A DNA stretch of 63,913 nt, filler included, from Octopus bimaculoides (GCF_001194135.2; 5 parts of 5 records of this genome joined end to end with filler, not necessarily neighbours in it); one strand, 5' to 3'; counted from the whole stretch's first letter, positions 34,600 through 47,863 are shown. Notes: a model not told the origin generated them from the letters alone. Translations and numbers: made by a program.

Positions 34600-35315
34600 C
34601 AACGAACTGTCAGAATCTTTAGTCACACCGGACAAAATACGTTGCGGCATTTCGTCCGTCTTTATGTTCTAAGTTCAAATTCCGCCGAAGTCGACTTTAC
34701 TTTTCATCCTTCCGGGGTCAATAAGATAAGTACCAGTTGTACACTGGGGCCGATATAATCGATTTACCCATCTTCCGCAATTGCTGGCCTTGTGTCAAAA
34801 TTTGAAATCAATATTAGCTACATGTAGGGCAACGAGCTGTCAGAATCTTTAGCAAGTCAGGCAAAACGCTTAACGGGATTTTGTGTCTTTACGTTCTGAG
34901 TTCACATTCTGCCGAGGTCGACTTTACTTTTCATCCTCCCGGGGTTGATAAAATAAGTACCAGTTGAACACTGGGGCCGACATAATCGACTTACACCCTC
35001 CCTCGGAATTGCTGGCTTTGTGACAAATTTTTAACGAATATTTGTTACATGTAGGTGAACAGGGGCTGGAGTTAAAAGCGTATGTGTATTCTGTATAACA
35101 TAGTTCTGTTACCAAAAAAGTGCTTTATATATAATTTATATATAATACTTTCTGATTTTGGCACAAGGCCAGCAGCTTTGAGGAGAGGAGACAAATCTAT
35201 TACATTAATCCCAGTATTTGACTGGTACTTTATTTTAAAGGATGAAAGACAAAGTTGACCTTGGCGGGATTTGAACTTAGATCATTAAGAATCGGAAGAA
35301 ATGCCGCTAAGCATT
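34600..35315. mobile_element. Three SINE family B copies (two plus strand in tandem, one minus)
   Basis: Plus copies at about 34600-34810 and 34830-35035; minus copy at about 35155-35315. Confidence 0.8.
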
Positions 35316-35559
35316 CTTAAGTCTTGTGTCATATAATGTGCTGTAATAACTCCTAATATGTGCATCATTTAATCAGCGAAAAAAAAAAAAAAGATTGTGA
35401 AATCGTTCCTATGATTCCTACATAATCAGGTTGATCAGAAAGCCTACGTGTCAACCAGATTATACAGGAATCAGAACAATGATCTATCTATCTATCTAGC
35501 TATCTATCTATCTATCTATCTAGATAGATAGATAGATGCAGACATACATGGTCTTGAAT

Positions 35560-36960
35560 ACTATCCTGCTAAGAAACTCGGAGTCGATAACCTAGATTTT
35601 GCGAAGGTGTCTCATGTGATAAGCATTTAATTTTCTCTCTTCTCTGACAAATATCACCCATACTTCGCTATCATGTGCGAGAATACTGAAAGTGTAACTT
35701 TCAGTTTGATATTCAATGTGAGGTGTCTCTTTTATCCCTGGGTTTTCATGAGTTTAGTCATCACAATACCAGCGTTAACGATTCAGGCATTGAGCTCAGT
35801 ATTTACAGACAAGTTGTCGGTTACAACTGAGCCCAGATATTTGAAGTTGTCTACCACTTTTACTAGTGCTGCAGTGAATAAAAATATGTTGTTGTTGTTG
35901 GCACTCCGTCGCTTACGACGTCGAGGGTTCCAGTTGATCCGATCAACGGAACAGCCTGCTCGTGAAATTAACGTGCAAGTGGCTGAGCACTCCACAGACA
36001 CGTGTACCTTTAACGTAGTTCTCGGGGATATTCAGCGTGACACAGTGTGACAAAGCTGGCTCTTTGAATTACAGGCACAACAGAAACAGGAAGTAAGAGT
36101 GAGAGAAAGTTGTGGTGAAAGAGAACAGCAGGGTTCGCCACCATCCCCTGCCGGAGCCTCGTGGAGCTTTAGGTGTTTTCGCTCAATAAACACTCACAAC
36201 GCCCGGTCTGGGAATCGAAACCGCGATCCTATGACCCGCGAGTCCGCTGCCCTAACCACTGGGCCATTGCGCCTCCACGAATAGAAATATAAGAATGGTG
36301 TAAAGCATCGTATATCATAACCTCAGTATTCTTAATGCTGATGGAAATGGCAAATTCTCTGAATGAGTTGGAGAATTGTTCCATGCTGTACTGAAAGCCG
36401 TCTGGAGTGTGGCTAACGTGAGCTGCATCATCTACAAATAGTATATCTCTCTGAAAAGGACATCAGTTATTTCAGTTCTGTTCATTGGTGGACTAAGTTG
36501 TACAATATACTGTCAGGCTAATATACCATTGAAAGTTATTTGGAGAGCGTAGATCGGAAAAAGCGAAAAGAAGCCTCCAAAGAGGGTCAGTGAACTTTCC
36601 CTGCCGTGAATTGATGATAGTGAACTTACCGGACATGTTGATAGACAACCTACTTTCAGTAGTAGCTTGAAGAGGATATGATAACTCAGTATTTTAAAAC
36701 CCTTTGTTAAATCAACAACGAAATATAGTGACTGAGGTCGCACCCTTCCACTTTTCTTCAAGTTGACTCGCAGAAAATATCATATCAACAGATGACTGCA
36801 TCTCTGGGTATATGCTGTCAGCTATCATTCGAAATCTAGCGAGTACAATCAGAGCAAAACACCTCAACAACAATGTTGTGTAGGCATATTCCCTCTTAGT
36901 AGTGGCAGTCACTGCAGTTACAACAGTCACAGCGTTCACATACCAAGCAACTCCCAAAGC
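35560..36960 (-). mobile_element. RTE (BovB-like) LINE RT region, decayed and interrupted by SINE C
   Basis: IADSIYPEMQ..SVDMIFSASQLEEKW; VDLTKGF; LFVDDAAHVSHT; KVVDNFKYLGSVVTDNLSVNTELNA. Confidence 0.85.
35888..36278 (-). mobile_element. SINE family C, full length, inserted in the RTE
   Basis: TSD gaataaaaatat (35876-35887) / gaatagaaatat (36279-36290). Confidence 0.9.
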
Positions 36961-37614
36961 CTGTACATGTAATGTTAAAAATCAAAGTTATAAAACTGAA
37001 GTAGCTTACATATAGCACGTATGTACTCGCGTTTTCAGTTTTTCATCAAGATAAAATATTTGCATTAAAATCGGATGTTATTTATATTCATTTTCATAAC
37101 GTTGGCATGTATTGCATGCTTTGCATTTAAGTAGAAGACGCCAAGATAATTATTAAATAGTCGCAATCATTGTAATGGATACATTACAGCAACTAAGAGA
37201 CGCCTTTAGAAACACAACTTGCTAAATATGTACATATATAATAAATATGCAGCAAACAAAACAAAAATGACAAATTGTTTAAGTATAGTATGAATAAATA
37301 TGTACTGTGTGACTTTGACCGATATATCACTTCGACCATAACTGAATGTAGATGACAGATATCTACCGTGCAGTTTGGACAGCTGAGGGGTTAACAGATA
37401 CCAACCAGTTAATTAAGTGAATACATCAGTCATTACTGGGATTGTTATTACTGTCACACTATGTGTCAAATCTTACATTTTAGGTTTCTCACATTTCAAA
37501 CTTAATATAGAAAGCTGCTACAGGAATTCACACGAGAGGAAGAGGGAGAGAAAGGAAGTATCACCGTATATGCTCTTTTAAGGTATACACATTCATACAT
37601 GGTCATACACGCAA

Positions 37615-37645
<31 letters not shown>

Positions 37646-37647
37646 TT

Positions 37648-38810
37648 TTAGGTCATCCCATGAATAATGGGAGTGTTTTCAAACTAAAAGTCGGAGGGAG
37701 TGAGATAAACTACCTATATCAACTTGGTATAAAAGCGGGTAGTAATTTTACCTTGTACTTATTCTTAGTGCAAGTTTTGAAGAGTGCAGTCCGATTTTAA
37801 CAGTTATTTTTTCAAAACTGTAATGGAAGTGACAAAGGAGCATATTCGGCATATTTTGCTTTATGAGTTCAATAAAGGCAACAGCGCAATGGAAAGTGCG
37901 AGGAATATTAATTCAGTATATGGGGATCAGACAATAAGCACGAACCAGTGTCAACGTTGGTTCCAGATATTCCGAGCCGAAGACTACAGCCTGGAAAACG
38001 AGTCTCGTCCTGGAAGGTCTGTAGAGCTCGACGAGGACGTCCTGCAAACCCTGGAGGAACAAAATCCCATCGTAACTGTTGAGGAACTATCAGAGAAGCT
38101 TGGTTTTGGTCATTCAACCATTCATCGACACTTGCGTGCCATCGGAAAAGTCAGCAAATTGGCTCAATGGGTTCCTCACAAACTTTCCGAATCTAATCGG
38201 GTGCGGAGAGTGAATGTGTGCTCTTCTTTGCTGTCACGTCTCACGAATAAACAGTTTTTTGGACCGAATAGTGACTGGTGACGAGAAATGGGTTCTCTAT
38301 AAAAATGTCAACCACTGAAGACAGTNNNNNNNNNNNNNNNNNNNNNNNNNNNNNNNNNNNNNNNNNNNNNNNNNNNNNNNNNNNNNNNNNNNNNNNNNNN
38401 NNNNNNNNNNNNNNNNNNNNNNNNNNNNNNNNNNNNNNNATCAGGATAATGCTCGGCCACGTTCAGCGAGGATGACATTCCAAAGGCTGGAGCAGTGTGA
38501 ATGGAAAATGTTGCCTCACCCACCATATTCACCGGACATTGTCCCATATGATTATCATTTATTCCGCAGTCTTCAAAATCATTTGGGTGGAAAAAATATG
38601 CATTCTGTACACGAGGTCAGTATTGGAGGAGTACTTTTCCTCACGCACGAGTGAATTTTGGAAGAGAGACCTTGCAAGTCTACTAGATAGATGGAAGAGC
38701 ATTGTAGAAAATGAAGGAGAGTATATTTTAGATTAAAAAAGAACTTTGTTTATCTTAATTTTGAAGAATAAAAGAAGTACAAAAACCCCATTATTTATGG
38801 GATGACGCAA
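37648..38810 (+). mobile_element. Near full-length mariner (D34D) transposon with disrupted transposase
   Basis: TIRs ttaggtcatcccatgaataatgg / ccattatttatgggatgacgcaa; MEVTKEHIRHILLYEF..WVPHKLS; VTGDEKW; QDNARP-(34)-YSPDIVPYDYHLF; frameshift near 38265, in-frame TGA, internal gap. Confidence 0.95.
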
Positions 38811-40273
38811 AATATATATGCATGTATGTATGTATGTATGTATGTATGTATGCATGTATGCATACATGTATGTATGTATGTATGTATGTATGTATGCATG
38901 TATGTTTATGTGTGTGTATATATAGCCACACACACACACATGCATATACTGTATATACAGGCATAAAAACATACCTTTTTTCATCTGTCTGTCTGTCTGT
39001 CTGTCTGTATGTATGCATGTATGTATGTGTATGTATGTATGTATGTATGTATGCATGTATGTATAAAAAAGGAAATGGAGAAGGCTTCTCACATCTTTGC
39101 ATTTTTCGTCGCTTTCGTCGCTTTCCTTTTTATTCATTATTTAACTTCTGTACTACAATGCTTCAATCGAAATACAACATTCTTCTTCTTCTTCTTCTTC
39201 TTCTTCTTCTTCTTCTTCTTCTTCTTCTTCTTCTCTCTCTCTCTCTCTCTCTCTATTTTTCTCTCTCTATCTCTCTCTTTCTCTCTCTCTCTCTCCCTCT
39301 CTTTCTCTCTCTCNNNNNNNNNNNNNNNNNNNNNNNNNNNNNNNNNNNNNNNNNNNNNNNNNNNNNNNNNNNNNNNNNNNNNNNNNNNNNNNNNNNNNNN
39401 NNNNNNNNNNNNNNNNNNNNNNNNNNNNNNNNNNNNNNNNNNNNNNNNNNNNNNNNNNNNNNNNNNNNNNNNNNNNNNNNNNNNNNNNNNNNNNNNNNNN
39501 NNNNNNNNNNNNNNNNNNNNNNNNNNNNNNNNNNNNNNNNNNNNNNNNNNNNNNNNNNNNNNNNNNNNNNNNNNNNNNNNNNNNNNNNNNNNNNNNNNNN
39601 NNNNNNNNNNNNNNNNNNNNNNNNNNNNNNNNNNNNNNNNNNNNNNNNNNNNNNNNNNNNNNNNNNNNNNNNNNNNNNNNNNNNNNNNNNNNNNNNNNNN
39701 NNNNNNNNNNNNNNNNNNNNNNNNNNNNNNNNNNNNNNNNNNNNNNNNNNNNNNNNNNNNNNNNNNNNNNNNNNNNNNNNNNNNNNNNNNNNNNNNNNNN
39801 NNNNNNNNNNNNNNNNNNNNNNNNNNNNNNNNNNNNNNNNNNNNNNNNNNNNNNNNNNNNNNNNNNNNNNNNNNNNNNNNNNNNNNNNNNNNNNNNNNNN
39901 NNNNNNNNNNNNNNNNNNNNNNNNNNNNNNNNNNNNNNNNNNNNNNNNNNNNNNNNNNNNNNNNNNNNNNNNNNNNNNNNNNNNNNNNNNNNNNNNNNNN
40001 NNNNNNNNNNNNNNNNNNNNNNNNNNNNNNNNNNNNNNNNNNNNNNNNNNNNNNNNNNNNNNNNNNNNNNNNNNNNNNNNNNNNNNNNNNNNNNNNNNNN
40101 NNNNNNNNNNNNNNNNNNNNNNNNNNNNNNNNNNNNNNNNNNNNNNNNNNNNNNNNNNNNNNNNNNNNNNNNNNNNNNNNNNNNNNNNNNNNNNNNNNNN
40201 NNNNNNNNNNNNNNNNNNNNNNNNNNNNNNNNNNNNNNNNNNNNNNNNNNNNNNNNNNNNNNNNNNNNNNNNN

Positions 40274-40312
<39 letters not shown>

Positions 40313-40399
40313 CTCTTCATAGCCGGAAAAATATCTGCATAAATCTTTTAAAATCATCTTAAATCATTCGTGGAGGAAGTTATTCCCTAATCTCATTGC

Positions 40400-41215
40400 A
40401 TTTTTCGTGCCTCTCATAGAACAAGTAATATGATTTTTCTTTGCAAAACAATTACACGAAAAAGCAGAAACCACTTGTCCTTGCCTTATACGTCTAAGAA
40501 AAGGTTTTTGACAATGCACCAAGAGATGCTATGTTAGTAGTTCTTCACTTCATTTGTTGAAGCATTGCATGACAGTACACAGGTTGTTTTTCATCTCAAA
40601 CAAATTTTCTGAACAGTTCTTGATAGCATTATAACTAAAACAGAGTTGAATACTTACACCTGAATTCTTCTCTTTATATTTGTCCGTATTGCTTTTCGAA
40701 ACTTCGTTCATACAATCCATGTGTTGACATCGGATACCGTTTCGATGGTGGAGTATTTATCATTGCCAGAATTTTATCTCATTGACCTACCATCATCCGA
40801 CACATCTCACAGTTTCAATATGCAGATGGTAACACTGCTTTATATATTACATATGTTAGGAGCTCCAGCAATCAGCCAACAACTTTACCAATGCATATAA
40901 TCGCTTTGGCTTCTAATTGATTATAAAGGAAGCCAAAGTCTTGACCGAATCTGCTTCCGGACAAATCTCTGATACATATCTCGGGCAGGGTGATCACTTT
41001 CTCTATTTTGGAAATTTTCTATTCAACAAGCATACTTCTGAAAATGATGTGGAACACAAAATTGGATCAGCCCATTCAGTTTCCAGGAACTTGGTAAACC
41101 GAGTCCTTAAGAACGAAAAACTTACCCTAAAAACAAAACTGGTGGTTTATCAAATAGATGCCATCTCAAAATTATACGGTTGTGAAATATGGACATCTTA
41201 TTGTGACAAGACACA
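40400..41215 (+). mobile_element. RTE-clade LINE RT fragment, decayed
   Basis: K.FDNAPRD; DIGYRFDGGVF; FQYADG; DHFLYFGN..EHKIGSA..KTKLVVY..LYGCEIWT. Confidence 0.75.
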
Positions 41216-41289
41216 GCCGACAACAATGACAACGATATTGTGGATTTCATTAGCTAATGTTTCCATCATTTATTTAACAAGTTAAAGAA

Positions 41290-41951
41290 GCACGAGCTGT
41301 CAGAATCGTTAAATGCTTAGCGATATATCTTCTGATTCTATGTGTTCTGAGTTCAAATACCACCGAAGTCAACTTCGCTTTACATCCTTTTCGAAGTCGA
41401 TAAAATAAAGTACCAGTCAAATACTGGGATCGATGTAATCAACTTGCTGCTTCCCATAAAATGTGATTTGAGGGAAATTTGTCTGTTATTTCATACAAGT
41501 TGAGCGACTGTTTCCTCTTATATTGTTTCAGGTTGAGTGTCCTAATTACTGATTCTTCCTTTCGATGAATCAATAATCTATTTCAGTATTTTTGTTATCC
41601 TTCCTTTGCCTCTTTTTATGCCAAGAACGCTCTTGAAGCCAGTTTAGAACATCAACTGTTAATAGCGTGTCTAATTAATATCTCAGAGTTTCTGTGCAAC
41701 TCGTTTGTCCAGCTTTTTGCATTATCGATTGCTTAAATCTAATGAATTATACAGGATTTTGTATCAAGGGCCTGTTATTAAAGTACTATAATATTGTAAA
41801 CACATTATCATTGTCAATGAAACAAAGTCTTCGTGACATGACTGGGGGATTTCAATAGGATTAAGTTAGCATGGTTATATTTTTATGTCTGTTTGTTTCT
41901 ACCTGTCTTTCTGTCTCTATGTCTCTCTATCTATCTATCTATCTATCTATA

Positions 41952-41985
<34 letters not shown>

Positions 41986-42052
41986 CCCANNNNNNNNNNN
42001 NNNNNNNNNNNNNNNNNNNNNNNNNNNNNNNNNNNNNNNNNNNNNNNNNNNN

Positions 42053-42110
<58 letters not shown>

Positions 42111-42920
42111 TCACATACACGCATAAATATATACAGCCTATATACATAGTTTGCATTGCACGATGATTAATTAACTCGAGCTAGTCAACCTCATTGCTGT
42201 CAGCCTTTTCCACTTTTCAGTCTCTCAGATCTAAGATGGCTCATCTCATCAATATTTAAGATGATTCTCTCTGACAAGTTAAGTAGTTTACCAATAACAC
42301 AACCATTCCGTTTTTGTTTTCATTTCATTTCAAAGCTGTTCTTTACAAGAAGGATTGTGAGGAAAGTATTAAGGGACCCGTTCCGTATAAAACCCAAATA
42401 AGGTTGCTAGTGAGTTAATAGATTTTAATTAATAAAATTACTTCTACTGTGAAGAAAGAAAATCATTAGCTTGATAATTAATTCTCGAAATATTGGCTTC
42501 AGATTTGGGCACAAGGCCAACAATTTCGGGGGAGGGGATAAATGAATTACATTGACCCCGGTGTTCAACTGGTACTCATTTTATCGGTAGGATGAAAAAC
42601 AAAGTCGACCTCGATGGAATTTGAACTCAGAAGATAAAGACGGACAAAATGCGTGAAAGCGATTCTACCAGCTCACCGCCTTTAATTCTCGAAATATTAA
42701 TTAATTGATTTCAAATTTTGGTACGAGGCTAGCAATTTCGGGAAATGGGGATAAATCGATTACATTGACTCTGTTGTTCAACTGGTATTCATTTTATCGA
42801 CCCCGAAAGGATGAAAAACAAAATCAGCCTCGGCGGAATTTGAACTCAGAACGTAAAGACGGATGAAATGCCAAGAAGCATTTTACCCGGCGTGCTAACG
42901 ATTCGGCCACCTCTCCAGCT
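41290..42920. mobile_element. SINE family B copies (41290-41460 plus; 42500-42685 and 42710-42920 minus)
   Basis: Family B diagnostic core in each. Confidence 0.8.
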
Positions 42921-43379
42921 TTAATTAATGAATTAATGAATTAAAAGTACTTAAGCGTATAATGTGAACAGTTTGCTGGAAGTGAATTTGATCTTGACAG
43001 TACAGTTGGTAAATCTGAACATGTTTCAACTTTATTAGACCTCGTCAGGAACATATAGTGTTAACCAGTACTGTTAGACAATGGTATATTGAGAGATATG
43101 ATGATATTCCATGAATAACCACTGAATGACATCATAACTTAGAAGAGAAACCAGGATCTATACACGCTGTTCAATAGGGATTTTGAATTGCTCAGAGCCA
43201 GTATCATCCGACATTCACCCCCACCCCTCTCATCATTGTTGAGATTAGCCTTATCTTATCAATACTGTTTATTGTTTTCCCTTCTCTGTTGGGTTTCCCT
43301 CGTTGTGGGGTTCAACTTCTATCCGGAAGTGTAAACAAAGATAGCGTTGTTGCTGCTTTTGCTGTTCTTTATGAAAATG

Positions 43380-43860
43380 ATGATGATGAGGTTGGCGGTG
43401 GTGGCGGCGGTGGTGGTGGTGGTGGTGGTGTTGGTTAGTGGTGGTGCTGCTGGAGGTTATGGTGGTGCTTGAGGGAGTGGTAGTGTTGATGGTATTGATG
43501 ACGCTGATGAAGGTTGTGGTGATAATGACGATGCTGGTGGTGCTGGTGGTGCAATGAGATGCGGCGTATTGATAGTGGTTGCTTATGTTGAAGTGGTGGT
43601 GTTGGTGGTAATGGCAATGACGGTGGTTGCTCTACTCTTACTGCTGTTATTGCAACTGTGGTTGGTGGTGGCGACGATGGTGGATTTGGTGCTGTTGCTG
43701 TTATTACTGCATCTGTTCATGATGATGATGATGATGATGGTGGTGGTGATGATGATGATGGTGATGATGATGATGACAGCGATGCAGCTGTTTTGTATAT
43801 ATTTAGATATTACAATCGTGGCGCATTAGTTGGTGTGTTGGTGATAACAGTACCGTTATT
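43380..43860. repeat. (GGT/GAT)n low-complexity tract
   Basis: Read directly; similar tracts at 19130-19310 and 26930-27140. Confidence 0.85.
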
Positions 43861-43907
43861 ATTGCTATTAGTAGTTGCACTGAGACGAAACTGGCAGTGA
43901 TACACAC

Positions 43908-43943
<36 letters not shown>

Positions 43944-43979
43944 AACACACAAACACAAACACACAAACGCGCGCGCGCG

Positions 43980-44027
<48 letters not shown>

Positions 44028-44608
44028 NNNNNNNNNNNNNNNNNNNNNNNNNNNNNNNNNNNNNNNNNNNNNNNNNNNNNNNNNNNNNNNNNNNNNNNNN
44101 NNNNNNNNNNNNNNNNNNNNNNNNNNNNNNNNNNNNNNNNNNNNNNNNNNNNNNNNNNNNNNNNNNNNNNNNNNNNNNNNNNNNNNNNNNNNNNNNNNNN
44201 NNNNNNNNNNNNNNNNNNNNNNNNNNNNNNNNNNNNNNNNNNNNNNNNNNNNNNNNNNNNNNNNNNNNNNNNNNNNNNNNNNNNNNNNNNNNNNNNNNNN
44301 NNNNNNNNNNNNNNNNNNNNNNNNNNNNNNNNNNNNNNNNNNNNNNNNNNNNNNNNNNNNNNNNNNNNNNNNNNNNNNNNNNNNNNNNNNNNNNNNNNNN
44401 NNNNNNNNNNNNNNNNNNNNNNNNNNNNNNNNNNNNNNNNNNNNNNNNNNNNNNNNNNNNNNNNNNNNNNNNNNNNNNATATATATATATATATCATATA
44501 TATGTATATATGCATATATGCATATATACATGTACGAATGTATGTATATGTGCATATGTGCACAATATACACAAAGTCATCTCTCTCTCTATCTATCTAT
44601 CTATCTAA

Positions 44609-44654
<46 letters not shown>

Positions 44655-44899
44655 GTCTGTCAATCAGTTTGAGTCATCCTAACAAAAACTCCTCACCTCC
44701 TTTTGCCCGGACTCGTGCCTCGGAGGGTATCTTTCTAGGTGCAATCTCATGGTCATTCATGACCGAAGGGAATCTTTACCCTTTATATCGTTTTTATTAA
44801 CTAACATAAGTCTTTCAAATTGCTTATTTTGATAGAGTAAGAAACTCTTCTTCCTGCTCTTCACTCTAGATAAAACGGTTTTTTAAGTTAGAATCAGCG

Positions 44900-45690
44900 T
44901 ACCTTCATTGATTTTCGAAAGGGAACGCAGGCCATCCAATATCCACAGAAGTCAACAAGTTGTTGAGTTCGGAGATGATACCATTGACAAGAGCAATGCA
45001 CAAAGACAGATGAAGTTTAAGGAAGAAGAAACCAGTATTAAAGACAAACTGTGCAGAGGGAGACCATCAACTGCGACAACTGAAACGAGTCACCAACAGG
45101 TGCATAAATAGATTCACATGAACTGATGAACCCCAATCCGTGTGCTTGCTGCACAACTGAACTATAGTCACAGTACATTACAGAAGGTAGTGGTGGACTT
45201 TGGGTGTTGGAAAGTGTGTGCAAAATGAGTACCTCTGTAGTTGACGCCCGATTTGAAGAAACAAAGAGTAGAAATCTGATTTGATCTGGTAGAAACGTTT
45301 GAAACCGATGAAGACATGCTGTTTCCAAACTGTTGACAGATGATAAACGTGGTTGTATGATTGGGAAGCTATGGTTCAATTCATGGAATGGCGTCTCGCA
45401 TCTTCTCCAGGGACTAAAAAGCTCAACAGCCAGTAATAGGTACAGAAAGTCATGGTGACTGTCTCAGGGTATTACTACAACCTCGTTCTCCTTGATTCTC
45501 TGGAACATGGCTGTACTGTTACCAGTGAACATTCAATGAGACACTAAAAAAAGCTTAGAGAAGCCTTTAGTATGAAATGCCCAAATAAGAATACGAAAAC
45601 CATTCCATTCACCGAGACACACGCATCATTGGCAATAAATCAAGCAATCGGCAAATTTGACAGTTATCCCATCCATAGTACAACTGGTAC
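44900..45690 (+). mobile_element. Highly decayed mariner transposase of a different family
   Basis: RPSNIHR..GDDTIDKSNAQR..FKEEETSIKDK..GRPSTATT; FGCWKVCAK*VP; QFMEWR; LLDSLEHGCTVTSEH. Confidence 0.75.
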
Positions 45691-45720
45691 TATCTGAGTC
45701 CCACCTTTTCGGTCCATTAA

Positions 45721-46021
45721 CCATTTGACATTTAAACTGGCCCTATCAAGCCCAAATATTCTACAGGGTGTCCACAAAGTCTGGGTACCTGGGGATTAAC
45801 ACATACTTTAAGAAATTATTATTTCTTATATTTAATTGTTTATGTTATGAGTTTATTTACTCCATGTACCCACATGGGGATTAACATATACTTTAGGAAA
45901 TTATTATTTCTTATATTTAATTGTTTATGTTATGATTTTATTTACTCCATGAACCCAGACTTTGTGGACACCCTGTACATGTTTTATGTTCAAATTGACC
46001 AAATTCGGCCTCTCACACCTA
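45721..46021. mobile_element. piggyBac-like MITE (same family as 4384-4604), interrupted and cut by the linker
   Basis: TTAA at 45717-45720 then ccatttgacatttaaactggcc...atgttcaaattgaccaaattcggcctctcacacc. Confidence 0.7.
45764..45975. mobile_element. Tc1/mariner-type MITE with an internal 85-bp tandem duplication
   Basis: TA-cagggtgtccacaaagtctggg ... cccagactttgtggacaccctg-TA; tggggattaac at 45790 and 45875. Confidence 0.9.
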
Positions 46022-46139
46022 NNNNNNNNNNNNNNNNNNNNNNNNNNNNNNNNNNNNNNNNNNNNTTAATTAATTAANNNNNNNNNNNNNNNNNNNNNNN
46101 NNNNNNNNNNNNNNNNNNNNNTATATATATATATATATA

Positions 46140-46440
46140 TTGTTTCAGTCATTGGATTGCTGCCATACTGGGGCACTGCCTTGAATTTTTGTCGAATGAA
46201 TCGACCCCAGTACTTATTTAAGCCTGGTACTTATTCTGGTAAATTTTCAGATTAACACCCGCACGATTTTCACTAGAGTGTTAGGGTTTTAGGGTTAGGG
46301 ACTGAATTCCCTAACCCTAACACCCTAGTGAAAATCGTGCGGGTGTTAATCTGAAAATTTACCCTTATTTTACCGGCGTCTTGCTGAACCGCTAAGTTAC
46401 GAGAACATAAACACAATACTGGTTGTCAAGCGGTAACGAG
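46140..46440 (-). mobile_element. SINE family A tail half hosting the TTAGGG foldback
   Basis: gtttcagtcattgg...cctggtacttatt[insert]..gctgaaccgctaagttacg. Confidence 0.8.
46237..46364. mobile_element. TTAGGG-containing foldback element, copy 1
   Basis: Arms of about 55 bp ggtaaattttcagattaacacccgcacgattttcactag..ttaggg; TSD ttattc / ttattt. Confidence 0.85.
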
Positions 46441-46878
46441 GGTGGGTGCGTGTGTATGTATGTATGTATGTATGTATATCTCAATAATAATCTAAGAAAC
46501 ATTGAATTCAGGTTAACGAACTTTATATATCCATGCTTCTATACTTGGATATATTAAGTACGTTATCCTGATTTCAATGTTCTTAAATTGATATTGACGT
46601 CTCTGGCTTTAACATTTGAGCACTTCTCTTCTGCAGTCCTATATATATTCGCCTTTCTCAATCGAAAGAAACGTAATTTATAATTTACTTGTTACACACA
46701 CACACATGACGGGCTTCTTTCAGTTTCCGTCTCCCAAATCCACTCACAAGGCTTTGGTCGGCCAGAGGTTATAGTAGAAGAGACTTGCCCAATATGCCAC
46801 GCAGCCACTCCCGCGCCTATAGTTTCCGTCTACCAAATCCACTCACAAGGTTTTGGTGGGCCTGAGGCTAAATGTATA

Positions 46879-46951
46879 TGGCCAATTAGTGCTCGAATCC
46901 ACGACATTCACGTTATTAGCTCGACGCTCTAACCAACTGCGCTAACCGATA
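46879..46951 (-). pseudogene. tRNA-Ile(AAU) pseudogene
   Basis: Minus: TATCGGT TA GCGCAGTTGGTTAGAGCG TCGAG CTAATAA CGTGA ATGTC GTGGA TTCGAGC ACTA ATTGGCC A; acceptor and T stems damaged. Confidence 0.8.
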
Positions 46952-47863
46952 ATTTGCATGTAATGTTACTAGTTTTGGCATCGTTTAAATTAAACGTGGT
47001 TACAGCACAAGTTTTCTCCTTGGACAGAAAAATGTGGGATTAGGTTTCTACATTTGTTGGACCTTTATTGGCGAAAGAATCTGTCCACTTAAAGATTAGT
47101 AGCTTATAAACTATTTGTACGGTGTACCAACTCGGACTCTGCTAAAGAGATAAAACTTGCTGTGTAACTAGCTACCTTGAGTATTTTTCAACAGCTCTGA
47201 AATTGTTTATTCCAAAGGTGTACCTTATATTACGAATAACACTCTTTAAACAAAAAACGCTGTGTAGTGCAACATCGTTGGAATTAATTCACGTTATCAG
47301 CGCATGTACTGTGACGAATTTGGATGAGCGCTAGTTTATATATTTTCTCTCCCTTAGTCTTCATGTGCTATGCCCGTGTTGTCGATGTCGGAAATCAATC
47401 GTAGACCGAACGCCTGAAAATCTATGATTGTCTTTTTTTTTTTTTTCTAGTAAAGGCCCTGTAGTTGTTTCCGTTGTACTCTGCCGATTTATTTACAGTT
47501 CATTTGGCTAGTTTCCTGTTCTCCCGAGTTTACCCTCAAGGCAAAGATTCTATTTAAGCCCCAGGCGGTGGAGTGAGGTTGTGTAGCTGTATCACGTGGC
47601 ATTAGGGTTTGTCCACACACTGGACCATTGAGATATTTTTAGAAGTATCCAATCCTCCTCCCAGTCTAGTAAGCCGTAGCAACATGACTATTTTCAACCA
47701 TTTGATCCCTAATTAGAACCGTCGACAAATACCACTCCCGGGCCAGAGAGGACCCAGAAGTATTTGTAACCCCGAAGTAACTTAAACCACTGAGGTCAGT
47801 TCCCATATCGGGCTACAGTTTAACTGTATGTGTATCATATATTTATATATTATGTATGTAATA

